Shown here: in pieces, positions 1-23,818 of the stretch
How positions within the stretch are numbered: the stretch's first letter is position 1
How the letters are laid out: each line of letters opens with the position of its first letter
DNA from: Balanoglossus misakiensis
Taxonomy: Eukaryota > Animalia > Hemichordata
DNA: 64,000 nt
Assembly (NCBI GenBank): GCA_040954595.2
Contig: CM082580.2
Location: forward strand, 6,765,519 to 6,829,518
Direction of reading: 5' to 3'
Translations under genes and position numbers: made by a program
Notes under the pieces: generated by a model
Told to the model about the DNA's origin: nothing
The model's database searches: none
What the model saw: the letters and a program-made list of their open reading frames with translations, nothing else

Positions 1-3000
1 CATACACACCACCTATTTGATCTGTCACTGGAGACTAATACCACAGCATATGCCGGCTAGTGGGGAAGACCAAATGTCATTGTACTCGTATAGGACATAG
101 AACATTCCATTACTTTCATTAAAGGCAAATCGATCGGTTTGTTATCTCACAGTGCCGTAAAATAGGACACTGCACAGTGTTCTGTGGTTATCATTGCAGA
201 AAGGCAATTTTGTAAATGCCTCAAGGTGAAAAAAAAATGATTATCTGTCAGGAAGTTTGTGTCCTACGGTTTCACGTTCACAGAAGAACCACTGTGAACG
301 CTCCAGTGATACTTCAGTGACTGGCAGCAGAAAAAAAAAATCAATATTATAATACTGTATGGTCATTCTGTTATCTCCGACATGCAGCTGTCAGCCGTTC
401 ATATTATTTATCTGCATGCTGCCGTTGTCAACTTGCCTTTTTTTCTTCAAATCATAGCGATCTCATAATTATCTATTTTTTTGAAACCTGCATCATTAGG
501 TTGATAGTCGGGTCATTTTGGGTCAAGATGAAATACGGACGTCATTAAAACAAGAAGAAATGTGAATCGAGTGACAGCAGCCGTTATTGATGAAACTTTC
601 CGTTACCAAACTGCTTTCAAGTGAAATTGGAGCATAATCTCAGTTTTATGTACCCTTTTTACGTTATAATCAACGTTTTTTGTAACCTATACCCCCAAAA
701 AACCTACAAGTAACGTCTTGAGAAAAGTGTACACAGTAGAGATTTAAAATGCTCCAAACTACAAGGCTAAGGTATTTTAATGGTATACTGAAGTTTTTCG
801 GAAACAATGTTGTTGTGCGTGGGTCACTTAACAGTCCAGCTAACCTATCAGACAATTGTTATAGTCCTATATAACCACAAAGCCGCTGTCAAAAAAACAG
901 AATGATCAATTGTTATACTGTTGTCCACTTGTGTTCCACTGCCCATTTACAGCCAGTTGATGGGCGCAGTGTTTACAATCGTAGTTGTTTGTGTCAGCTT
1001 GCCCGGGAGATTGTAACGTATAAGTGTTGTTGCCATCCTGCCCACACCGTGTTGTTTAATTCCAGTGTGTACTTGAATATCCATGGATCACGATAGTTCA
1101 CTGAACTCTGTGGTGTGTAGCACATTTTCACAGTCTGTGTTGGTTAGAATTTGTGGATTTGTTCATTCCTGGAGAGACCTGGAATTATTTATAAACCACT
1201 TGTGAAAAGTCCTTGAAACACCTGGGAAAATGAAGTTAACCCCTTCTCACATTTGAGATTGAAAACTGCCGGAAAATCCCTGATAAGTGTGAAGTCTTAG
1301 AATTTTTCAATGACAAGAGAACTTCTTAACACAGGTTTAGTAAGGCATATATAGCAGTGAGAATCACTCTTCAATGGATACCAGGAATTCACTTTAAAAA
1401 ATTTGATAAACAAATTGATGGCATGAGGAGTTACCATACAAATCAAACACTCTTTTCCTGTGCCAATATTGTTTGGGTACTACTGCAGTCCTTTGACAAA
1501 AGTTGATAGATATACTGTTGAGTGAGTTCTAATACAGAAGCCACAAAAGACATCTGCATTATTGCTGATAATGTTTGCGAACAAAAAAAAAGTGAGCTAA
1601 CGTGACTAGAAAAATTACAAGCAGATTGAACTGATTTGCTTGCCTTTGGCATATAAGAGATATTGCTTTTGTTAGGTTTGTGTAGGACAGAAAAGAAAAG
1701 TGCACACATCTTTCGACCATTGTAAATTCGGAGCCGGATTAAAAATAGATGGTGATCATTGATGAAATGACTTGTAATATCCCAAATAAATCTTAGACTT
1801 CAAATCTACATGATTCATGTCCCATGATGCAATGCGATTGCAAGATGGCCGTCAGCTCCATTCCTATTGATGTAAGTATGGGCATTGCAAATGTTAATTC
1901 TCCCCCCAAAAGCATGGCCTGTGACAGAAAATCAACCACAGAAACCGAGACCACACATGGTACATAATGGGAAATTGATTAACTATTAGTGTTAGAGGAG
2001 TTGGGTACATGTGATATATCAATGTCTGTTATCAAGTATTAATTCCTGGCTGAACTTAAGATGGACTTTTGTACTGCTATTATAATTACAAGGTCACTAA
2101 GGTTCCCATAGGCCAGGGGAGTAAATTATATATTGCACATGTGGTTGCAATATACACATGAAATGGATTGATTTCAGATACTATTAATAAACATGATAAT
2201 TTCCTACAAATGGCATTGTAAATGCTTTTAGTTTTATTAATAGTGGTATAGCATATGTTCAAATAGGATTTTTCTGAAATCTCTGCCATTTACATTTTCA
2301 ATTTTATCTCCTATTATGATTCTGAATACCTATTAAGTCAGTTAATTGTGTGAGATTGCAATCAACATTCAGAAATGTTGAAAAGAATGTGCATTTGAAT
2401 TTCAAAACTTAAAAAAAGTGTGTGCATTCGGATTTGTGCAAATCGTGCAAATGCAGGTATAAACCTAATTACCTTGTTTTGCTATCTGATCAAACATGGC
2501 TGCCAGTAGGTCACTTAGTTGATTATCCAAACAACTCTGAAGTTATTATATCGTCAAAGTCATCTTGACACCTTTAGTACCAAAAATTGACACTGAAATA
2601 TTCACATCATGCTGAACTCCGAGTTCACTAAAAGATTCCTTATCTTTTGTTAAGCAGGGCTATCGGCACATTGCCATATGAAGATCTTGTCCACTTAACA
2701 CATAGTACAATGTACAATGTACATGCAAAGCTGTGATTTTATGTGTCCAGTGAGGGGGAATCAGTCAAGGTACAAAGTCAACAGAAATATAATCAGCTTT
2801 TCAGATTTTCACTTTGGATTACTATGCAGAGGTTGAGAGAGAGAGTGAGATTAACTCCGACCAGCATCTGCTACGGTATTGGATGCCACATCGCGGATTT
2901 CAAACTAGCTTTTAGTTTTTAGCTTGAAGGTAAAAAGGAGCTTCTGGTTACACACATCTCGAATCTCAAAGATAAGCAGTTTGTCGCAGCCAAAGAAAAG

Positions 3001-5651
3001 AAAAAAAAATCAATACTCCTGACAAAAGTTCAGAAAATGCATCTTGGGGTTCAACTTCAAGGTTTAACACTGCAAGACAGAAAACTTACATATTCTGTGA
3101 AGGGTGCTTTTGGATGTGCACTGTAATTTATATCCTTAGGCCCGATGAGGGTAGCTATGGGAAAATGTCTCTCCCCCGTCTATTCGGAATATGTGAAGTT
3201 TGTCAGAAACCATGAAGGAATGATGAATAATGACTGTAGCGTGATAACCCAGGAGCAAGGTCATTTCGTTCTCACATTCAGGTAGATAATACTCGTTTGC
3301 AGTTCTCTGGGAATAATAAGGACCAAGTATGTGTAACAGAAATTATTCCTGAAAGGGTGTTGTTTTATCATTGAACTTAAACACAGAAGAAGAAAAGAAA
3401 AAGCATAATATTATCTTACAGAAATAATGAGTTTATTTAGACAATACCGTGCGGTAAAATTGGATTATAAATTTTAAGTTTCAAAGTTGCTTGTCTGATG
3501 ATTTTGTATAAACTTTGGTCAGATAAAAATGTTCATTTATTTTAAAACCAGCATAGGTTCTTTTAGTTTCTTATTCAATGTCTAATTTAAAACAAAAATC
3601 GTCGTCAAGGAAACACAATTGTCTATAGCAAATATGTGGTTTTATTTTTGCTTTGACCTTAGTGTTCCCACTAAGGCTTATTTGTGCGCTAGTTGCTATG
3701 GTTTGTGCAACTTTATTTCTAGCCATATCATTTAGTAATTACATTTCAATTAAAATCTCAGTTCAAGACCTGGCGCGCAATAGCTGATTTTACTTCCATA
3801 TTTGAAATCAAGAGTGACTGGATTAAGTTGTGTGATATTTGATTTGAACCCCAAAGAGATTCTTGGTGTCATTAGCAACCTAATGGCCAGGAGGGATACC
3901 CTGCTTCTGGACCCAAACCCCTTTTGGGGACCAAAACCAAACCTTGGCACCCCCTTGAAACCTTGGGGGGGGGGGGGGGCATTGCTTTGAACATTTAATA
4001 TTTTTATATTCATTCTTGTTAATGACTATCCAACTGACACCGTTTAGTATTCAAACAAGGCAGGAAATAAATGCAACCACGTTAGCCTTGTATAATTAGA
4101 TCTGGGGTGATTTTGAGCCATTTTCAGCATATTCAGCTATTTGAGAGTGCAATATTACTCAAATTGATTAGTGTGCAAATTTAGTTTGAAGCTGAGGCAG
4201 AAAACGGCTAAATGAGATACACAAGAGCAAATTTACCCTTCCCAGTTGAGATTTATTGTGCGCTGATGTTGGTACAATCAGCGTTTAACCGAAACAGACA
4301 GGGTAAACTTGGCGATGAATGGACAGTCATTGCTGCTCTGGTGAATTGATGGTCTTTTTTGGAAGCTGTCAAGATTACAGAGTGAAGGTGGAAGATAAAT
4401 AAGCGGGAAATGAAAATTGCGGGTGCCTCCTCGGTCTAGGTCGACTGGTGCCGTTCGCCCTAATACATAATGCGACGCCAGGAAGTTTGCCGTTGAAGCG
4501 TGCATGAATCTACTATTGATTAAAACCTGCCAGAACCAATTTCTTCATCAAGGAGAGGGAGAAGTAATGTCAATAAAATTAGGCAGCTAACGTAAATTGT
4601 GCACCTACTCTTTTTGATGGTAATTGTTTGACCAAAGTGTTCAGCCTTTATCGCGAAATTAGGCGTTGACATGGAATATTTCTCGTGTTTCTCAGTTAAC
4701 ATGGATTCTCTGTAAAGAAAATCACCTTCATTTACTGTTTGAGAAAAAAAAGTGTTCAAATTCAGCTCTTATTTTGTATGCAACAAAATCGTTTTCTTTA
4801 ATCACGAAGAAAACCTACTTACTGTAATTGTATTAAACTGCCAGCTATATTTACATGGCTGGCTTATAAACATGATACTGTAATATCAAATTTTAATTGG
4901 AAACAAATATTCCTAAACAAGGGTTAGTTATTGCAGATTGCATTTTTGGGCATTTTGTTTGGATTGATTTTCAAAATATTTTCAGGAAACCTGTTACTAC
5001 ATTGGTCAAGGAATTTGTAATGTTAATATACCGAGCTGAATTTCTTGTGGATGTGCAAACAACTTCCGTACCCATGGCAAGCAACGATGCTGTGGGGAAA
5101 ATGCAAATTTTATTATTGTATCGGGATCCAGTATAACCTGTAATTTCTGCCCTGTGGTTATACAAAGCACATTCACATCTTTGCCCACGTACTGATGTTT
5201 GTGCAAGTAGGCCGGGATTTTTTTATCAGTGAACTTGTCAACATTGACATATCACAGCATTTGTTCGCTGCTGATCGGAAGGATACGGAACGCTCTAATG
5301 CATTGGAGGTGGATGCACGCGGCCATTTAATTTAATGTGTATGAATGTCCCACATAGCAGTTTCAAGTTTACGAGCACATTTTGGGAAGATAAAAAAAGG
5401 CCTTGATCTGTTGTTGATATGCGATCGCTGGCTGGATCCATTGCGATTAGGGTGTCATGGTTGAGGGGGAAAAATCATGGTTGACAGGAAACTTGGAATT
5501 TTAGTGGAAGAGTGATGGGTTCAAACTCAACCTCTACTTGGCTTAATCTGCTTTAGCAAGTGGGCTTTTATATACATGCTGAATACCAAAATAGGAAAGG
5601 ATGGAAAACATGACCCTGTGCCCTGGGAAGTGGATGGTATCAGCTTACTTA

Positions 5652-5862
5652 GGGGAGAACCATTGATTTCTGGGGGGGGGGGGGATTTAGGTATATCAGC
5701 AAAAAATTTTATCAGCCACTGTTACAGCAATTCTTTTTCTGTTGTCAGTCCTACATTTTTCTCAAACCATTGCAGAAGAATGTTTTTTCTCTCTCCGCAC
5801 CATTTGCCAAAAATCCCCCCCCCCAAGAATCCTCCACCCCAAGACATAAAATGGTCATCCCC
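5652..5862. mobile_element. Small MITE, PIF/Harbinger-like, 211 bp
   Basis: Imperfect TIRs (GGGGAGAACCATTGATTTCTGGGG versus reverse complement GGGGATGACCATTTTATGTCTTGGGG) with TTA on both flanks (5649-5651, 5863-5865). Confidence 0.6.
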
Positions 5863-7372
5863 TTAAAGTACTTCATACTGTTATGAACACAAGATTTTTT
5901 TGCGACAACAGATATTCCTAATGTCAAGAAAGGTGCAAAATTCATGGAAAGGAAAAAAAAATCGTGTTTTGCAATTGAAATAGTTCAACCTTTTATCACA
6001 TGTCTTTAATCATCTGGTCACCACCGATGAACGTTAATGCTAGGACATACATTGTAATTCCCTCTTTCTTTTCCGATAACACAGTCCAATTACTTCTTTA
6101 ACTCCCTTTCCCTTTGTACAGTGTACTAGCCACTCGAATCGTTGAATGCAGAGAAATGTGATACAACCCACTATCAGGAGGTTAAATCCTTCATTGTCAT
6201 TTTTGTCCAACAAACCCATTTTCACGCGTTGACCCACATGTTGGAAAAATGGAGGTGAAAGGGGCAAGGGTTAGATTTGAGAGCAAGAAATTTGACAGGT
6301 CCAGGGACCTTGGAGATTATAGAAAAACAAATGATACCGAGGCATCCGAAAATGATAAAAAAAATTTCCATCTACACGTATACTTTATGGATGCTCCCCA
6401 GGGAGTTCTGATAATCTTGAATCTAGGAACAATGCCAGCATGGGAAATCTCCGGATGAAAGTCTTGTGTAAGCTCAAAAACATGACCCCAGCTGCTGTGT
6501 TTCCATTTTCTGCCATCGGTGTAATTTCAATTAAAATGTACCTGCACGGGAGATGTAGACGGGGGATAATGTTGGAACTTGTAAGTGGATCTGCCTTTAT
6601 CCCTTAATGTATATGGCCTAAAATGTAGGTGTGGGTGGCGTCGGTATGGTTGCCGTGGCGTTGAGGTGTGCTGATCATGGACAAAAGCGCTAATCATCAG
6701 TTCTGTACTTTTGTGTCATCTCTGTTGCATCTTTATTTCCCTGGAGGCTGGGGATTGCTGTGATGCGTTGATCAAAAATATTTCTGACAAAAATGTGAAG
6801 ATGTTAAAGGTCCAAAGAATGACAAAAATGAGAATGTAATATCTATGCTCCCTGCCTTCCAGGGTGTGTTAACCATGGTACTTCACTGACAATCATGGTT
6901 CACCATGTTATGGAATGACGTGACCATGGTAGCAATTCCTCTGTTAATTTTGCACGTATAAAGTCACCCCCCCCCCCCCACACACACACACTGGAGTTGC
7001 AACTCAGCCTAGCACTTACTGTAAATTGTATGTAATCCAATGATGGAAAGTGTGTCGTTGTTTTTTGCATTAAGCTTATCCACCGCCCAATGTCAACTTC
7101 TTGAAATCTGAATCTTGCTGCTTTATCTCAGAGGATGCTGTATGTTTTTAATGTTTTGGTTAAGCCGTAATTCAACTACGAAATCTGTTGAATGAAGGAA
7201 GTGTGAGAAAACATTGATAATGCCATCTATGGTGACTGATGTATATATAAAAGTTTCCGGTCACCTATGCAAATTTAGCCAGTTACCTTGGAAACTTGGG
7301 ATCTAGCCAGTCCCCCGACTTTTAATTATCCAGCTTTTAACCAGACATGTCACTAATTTGCTTGTATTACAG

Positions 7373-16699
<9,327 letters not shown>

Positions 16700-19600
16700 C
16701 ACAGCTAGCTTGCCCATGGCCATTTAAGAAGAAAATATAACACTTACATGCACAACAGATAACAAGTTATGTTTTAGAATACTATGTAAAAGAGTTTACC
16801 ATTGTTTCTATCTCGTACTCTTTGTTTTTTAGTCCCAGTGACTGGTGAACATCAAGTTTGATCAAAATTCTCGAAAATAAAAAAATTTCCTGTTATGAAA
16901 AATGCTAAATGTTATATCTAAACATTTATTAATATTGATACGCACCAATATTACTGCACACTAGAAACATGCCCTTTCACACCCCCATTTCCTAGAAATA
17001 GTTCGCCCATGTTAATGGTGTAAAATCGGAACGTACCAAAATATCTAGAATGGTAAGCATGTGCAGGTTAAAATAACCACCTGGTGTTTGTGCCCATGTT
17101 TTTCAGTATTCCCTCTGAGGCCAGATTGTTACATTTGACTGGCGACACAGATGTTTATAACAAGCAGCGAAAACTTGAGTTCAGATTTGTAGAGTGCGAT
17201 ATAGAAATTGTGAGGGGAGAAAGTGTTTAGGAAAGAAAGCTCTTTGTTTCAAAAGCCTGTCAACTTGAGGCTTTTTTTTTTCATCTTTCCGACCACCATT
17301 GCTTATTGTTTTAGCCCCCTCCTCACCGAGAATGACAAGATCAAACATCCAAATTGTGGATGTTTTTCTTTAATTACATTGGATGATGATTTCACATAGT
17401 ATTCACTGTTGTCAAGTACCTGTGATTGAAGTGCCATGATAAACAGCTTCCAGGAGGACAAGGATTCTGTCATCTACTTCATCCAGATAGATTAGATGCT
17501 TCCAAGAGACTCTGCTTGCCCCGTTTTGGGGGGATTTTAAATAGTTTTACAAAATGCATCGGAGGCAGAAAGAAGGGGAGGGAGTAGTCAGCGAGTTGTT
17601 GATGAAACCAACCTCCACATGCCTTTGATTTAGACAGTCGATGAACTATCACACACTTTCGTACTAGCCCTGTTGTATTACTAAGAATACAGTAATCAAA
17701 TCCTTGTCCATCCAAAGCACACTAACAAGTTTTTTATAAAAGAAACCTGGAAGAGGTGTGTTTTACGTTGGGGAAGCTTAAAATCTGGTCACTTCAATCA
17801 TGAGAACTTTTTGTTGTATAGATGCTCCAAACCTGTAAATGATTGTCTTTCATTATATTAGTATATTGCATATTTTTTATTTGTATGACTGACAGACTTA
17901 AAGTACTGTACTTTTTTTGTTCTTAGAATTGTGTTTGATAGACTTTTCCTCATGTCTTCTTTGTTGTTTATTGTGTGTATTTTTTAAAATATATTGTTTT
18001 AGTGTCGATACAGCCCGTTGTATCATTTGTACAGAAGTGTCCATTATACTTTGTATTCATAAAAGGAAGGCTTATTAAGGAAGTTGTTTGTTACGTCGCC
18101 AATGAAGGTTTGGTATTATTAAGAGGAGGGTTTCTGAAACTGTGTATGTGTGTCTGTGGGTGCGTGCGTGTGTGTTTGCGTGTGCACCAGTATGTCTGTG
18201 TGCAAAGAAGATAGTCAGTTAGTCATTCACCGTCTCTCGTCAATATCTCACAGAACAGCTATACCGAGAGAGAGAGAGAGTGAGGGATATTGATGGAGTG
18301 AGTCAGCAGAAAGTATTTTTGGTTGCGCGTTTGTATCAACCTGCCCCGTCTGCAGCATTTTTGAAGGATGGTTTTAGATATGAACACATCACACACATTG
18401 CAAAACAAAAGTTGACATCTACATTCCTGTTTCTCCAGAAAAAATGGAGCAGTTTTGAAAGTAGACGCTATTTGTCGTACGAGCAGTTGTGACAAATAAA
18501 TTGTGAAGAGTTGATGGGTTATATTTCTACGAGATCATTACCGCTGTTTTGTTCTTTTGACATGTTTAATTAACAGCAGGGTTTGCTGTTGTCTTCATGT
18601 GTACAACTTGCCATAGGTTGGGCTGTGAGTGAGTGCTACGATAAATTAATTTGAACCCGATTTGTATGTATGCATGTGTCATTTAATGAAAATCGCTACG
18701 TCCAAGATGAATGGGCTGAAATAACCAGTGCAAATATAAAGACTCTTTGGTTGGTGTGCAGCAGTCTTGTAAGGTTGATTTTGATTCGTCAGGGTTGTTT
18801 TTTCAGTTGACCCTTCCAATGGGTGTACATCAAGTACATGAAAACTGTAACCTGCTTGAGGATCAGCCTTTGAGGTGCTGTACATTAACCCCAGACTCTG
18901 TGACCAATGTAGATTTCTGTTTTGTATTTTATTTTCCATTTTTTGGTGGAGTATGTGATGCCTTTAATGTTAACAAACAGTGCAAGTTGACTTGGTCGGC
19001 CAAGGTGCTGCAGTCTTTTGCTACGCTGCCCCTGATTGGTTGTATTCCCCCAATGAGGAGGCTGACAACCAATGAGGAGGCTGCTATCAAAAGCTGCTAC
19101 AGAAAAAAATGAAGTACTTACTGAGAAGACGACAATGCAAACAGATGAAAATTTTGAGGGGGGAAAAAGGAAAGTGAAAGTTGACTATTCCGACAAAGTC
19201 CTGTACAGATAATAATAACATACAGTATAGCACCGAGATTGCCAGATTCTATCTATATTTGTGTTTTTTCTCATTGTGTAATCGCTGCTTTCATTTAATG
19301 GTCAAGTTTAACACTAAAATGATAGAAAACACCACAGCATGTACAACAGCAATAAAACTAGACAGCACTCAAATAATTTCGATTCTGAGTAAAAACATGA
19401 CCGAATCTGCTGAGCAGTTTAAAAAAACAAAGTATTTTGCAGTATTGAAATCCAATTAGACATTTACTACGGATGGATTTAAAATACTAAAGAGAAAGAG
19501 CTTTGAGTACATATAACAGATTTATAGTATTCAGATATTTGTCGTTCCCAAAAGAAAAGTATTGATCCAATTTACATATTTGTAAGAAAAAAATGTTGAT

Positions 19601-22600
19601 CAGATAACGTTTAGATGACAAATGATGGCATGTATAACCTTTATCTGTCTCTTAGTAAGATACTTGAGTTAAATATTCCAAATTTGACATGTTTAAATAT
19701 TGAAGTTGTCTGTTTATAACTGTTCACTTGTACCTAGTGATAAAAAAATTCCCACTATAAAAAAGCTAGTGCATATTAATGTTTTCAAGAAAACATCTTA
19801 TAGAGAAAAAAATTATCTGCCCATGTTTTACTGGCGACAGTAATCTTGTGTATGTGTGTAAGACAAAGCACAGACACTGCACATAGAATGTAAAGAATAT
19901 AAATTCACCCCTCCCCCCCCCCCAACACCTGATAAATCAATCTGCTTTATAGATTCAATTGGATTATTCCATAATTTTGAGAATATAGGAGGTGAAGCCC
20001 CCCGTATTGTTGTCAACTTCCCGAAATATCTACGATACCAATGTTCATTCAGTGTAATAATTAGAGAAATACCGTTTTTGCATGAGATCCCAAAATCCCA
20101 ATGTTTGTTTCATTAAAAAAGATTGGAAGTTCATTCTCTGCTGTCCTGCATTGTTAATTTGATTCCGGACGAATCAGAAATTCCAGTGGCTGAAATTTGT
20201 TCTTTTACAAGTGTTTAAACTGAAATTCCTGGAGTACCAATGATTTGTATCTCTACCTATATTAAAACCTGCATTGTGAAAGCACGCTTATCTACTTTCA
20301 GGGTGTTCAACAAATATCTTGTGTCTAACTTTCCATGATTTGATGTTTAGATACATTTGAAATAAACAATTCTGAACCGTCGGAGTTTCCTGTATTCATT
20401 CCGGCGCAAAAAGTAGCGACGAGTGTTCCGAGGGAATAAAGGGGAGACGTTGAACTCTGACACGAGCAAGTCGCAACCTTTTTTGAAAGTGTGATGTATT
20501 GTAACGAGACTTGCCTGTTTGTGTTCAGAGAAAGCTTGGTTGCATGCTGTATTGATGGTTAATGCTTGGCCACAGATAGAGACTGCTATTACCACGGTGG
20601 AAGTGACTATGCGATAATATGTTCAGAATCATTACGTGTAATGAATTGGGAGAATTGTTAGTATTAACAAAATCTGAAATTAGACGTTAAAAAGAGTCTG
20701 ATCGAAGTGCAAAACGTACATTTTCTTCACACACGTCTTGCACTTGCTTGCTGAGACAGTCCACGTCAAGACGACTGTTTTCCACGAAATAAACGGGACC
20801 CCACTGTGGCTTGCACGACATGTATTTGACAAGCAAACAGCATGCCAACCAAAGCGGAATTCAACAAGCTCTTTTTTCCAAGTCCCCATGTCGCGGGGGT
20901 TTGAACTATTTTCTTCCCAGGAACACTGACACTTTTAAAAGGGATGGCTACAGGAAACTCTAGGTTCCCAAGATTGTAATTTGCAGGTTTTTTCTGATGT
21001 TGACATCATTTATTTCTGTCTACTAGATCTGTTGATCTGATCTATTGGACGTTAAAAAAAGGATTTGATAGAAAAGTCCTGTTGTAACAGAGAAATAAAA
21101 CACGAGAAATGACTGTCTTTATTATTAGTAATAAAAACTGTTATTCTATTTGCAGTTAATTTTATTTGGCTTGGAGTGAGTGAATTTTGGGCTGTGTGCT
21201 GGGTCCCTATATCTGTTCTATAAACCGTCAGTTTGTTCAAGATTGGTGCAGATATAAAAATACCCAATCATGAACATCATGCAAGCATACATACTTGTGT
21301 ATACATGTATTCATATGTGCATGCATATGCTTGCATACATAAGGTACACACACACACACATACATATACCATCATCCTGCTGCATGGGTCCTAGTCTCCC
21401 ACTTAACTGACTGATTATGTAACGAAAACTTCCCATGTACTACACAAGTAATTTAAATTTTCCATTTCAAGACGATGCTGCTATTTTACGAACAACACAA
21501 TGCCAGTTTAGTGACACCTTGGACTTCTCTCCCTTAATTGAACTACTTATCACATTTGTGTTTGAAAGCCAATAGGTGTTACATTGTCGAGTAAATTTTA
21601 GAAGCATTGCAGTTGCATCCTTACGCAAGTCTTCAGGTGATGAAGGTTTTGAAGTGCTTGGCACCTTGAAGATGTGAGTTTGAGAGGAGAGTTAGCTCAA
21701 GTAGCCAAGGCTCAGTACTAGTGGAAAAAACTAGTTAAATCTTGTAGTAACCGTGCCCTCTCACTGCATGAATTCCGTACCTTGCAAAGGATTTAAATCT
21801 ACATCTGGAGTACCTAGTTTTTTGGAAGAAAATTTCAGTCCTGTAACGGTATAATAACAGTTATTTCAAAGACGCTGGCTTGCTATTATTGGAAAAGTCA
21901 CTTATTATAATGTCTTAACTTGAAGAAAGTAAATACAATTTTCATATCCGAGTGTCTTCAAAGGTTCAAACGACAGAATCAACGGGCAGATCTGCAAAAC
22001 GCCCTTCACATGGATGTATATAAAACCATGGTGTTCTTTAGTGTCGGGCCATAAGGTGAATTATATTGCATCAGTTTTATTCTGGGATGAATACCTATCT
22101 GGGAGATGAAAATGGTGAAATTGCCAACTGGATATCAACCTTGCACTCACAGCTGTGAGCTTTATCGGCCAATCAGCAACTGGGTGCAGGGTTCATATTG
22201 CCTGCGTGTTGGTTGTTTGAGGGCGCTCTTGTGGTCGGTCCAATACACAGCCTGCACAGGACTAACATTTCTGTATGCAAAAAAAAATCACCAAAAATAA
22301 TTCTGTACATGATAAAACAAATCATGATTTTATTACTTCAGCAACTATTCCAATCTACAGTACTTACACGAGTCATTAAATGAATCTCTGATTATTATCG
22401 TTAATCACACTACCAAGCTTTGTGCTGTGCAGAGAAAAAAAATGACATCCTATTAATTGTTAATGCCAATTACATGTAATCAAAGACAGCCTATTAATAT
22501 TTTACGTATGCCTCATTTCTGTGTGCAATTAAAAGGGCTTAATGTTCTAATATAAACTGTTTGCTTTTCCAGGGTTCATGCACTCCAAGTCGGACCTTCC

Positions 22601-23818
22601 AGAAGGCTTTTAAAGTGGTTTTCATTGATTATTTTAGTTGAGAAATGTAATTTCCCTAGGAAGAATATAATGCAGGAATTGTGTCCATTTTTCATGATAC
22701 TCAAGAATCTGTGGCATGAGTAGCTGACTCAACTTTCCAGAAATTCTACAGAACCAATTTCATTCTTGCCAGGTCTTTCAACGGCCTCCAGGAGCGATTG
22801 AATAATTCTGTGACTTTTCAGAATCACACAAACCCCTATTATCACTGCAGGCACAGAAAGCTACCATAGAAATGACTTGCACTAAAATGCTTCTATGACG
22901 CAATCTAGCTGCGGGTCTTGACTCATTTCACAAGAATTATCCTGAAGCCCGACATGCAGAATGCTCGTGTCGACGACAGAGATACTTTAATATCCTTTAA
23001 CTTTCAGTTCTGAGTAATGTACAGTTACAAGACAAAACTTCTGAATTATGTTGGAGAATTTATCAGAACGCACTGCCCACAGTAAAAAAAAAAGACCCAA
23101 CTCTTGTGAGAAAAGTTAATTTCTTCTAATTGCACTAAAAGAGAAATGCATTGAAAAGCAGTTGTTTTGAATTACGTTTCGGGTCAAACTCTAGACCTTA
23201 ATAAATGTTGAAGCCTATAACAACTATTTTAAAGGCAGATTGCCGTTTTTTTTACTTGCATTGTTCAGTTTTAACAACATAAAAAATATCAAACATATTA
23301 AACCAACTTAAAAGTTGAATACAAGCATGGTTTGTATCTACTGTTGGTACTCACGATGAGTATAAGTATACATGTAGTACATTAAAAACAATTGGCAGTT
23401 TTCTCAAAACGTAGCAATTGATGTAGCACACTGTCAAAATGCAACTATTGTCGTTTCGATATTCAATTCTTGTAAGAATTTTTACCTGAGGTGGTAAATC
23501 TACCTATGATATACACTGCGTGGCAGAAGAATATAAATTTTAAAGAAATTTGAAATAAGTTTCTATTTTTTAGACTCCACTTTGTGGAAACAACATCTGC
23601 ATTGATAAAAGTAAATAGTTTATAAGTTTCATAGTTAGTCTCATTACGGATATGGTCGACGGAGAACATGACCCTGGTTTGAAGACATGCATTCAGAATC
23701 AGAATGTACAAGTATTTTGTTTGCAGTGTACTTCCTGTTATGTTTTTCATAGTTTTTGTCATATTCAGTTGATCCGACTTCTTTTTTCCCGATTTTGTTT
23801 CCTTATCTCGTTTAGTGT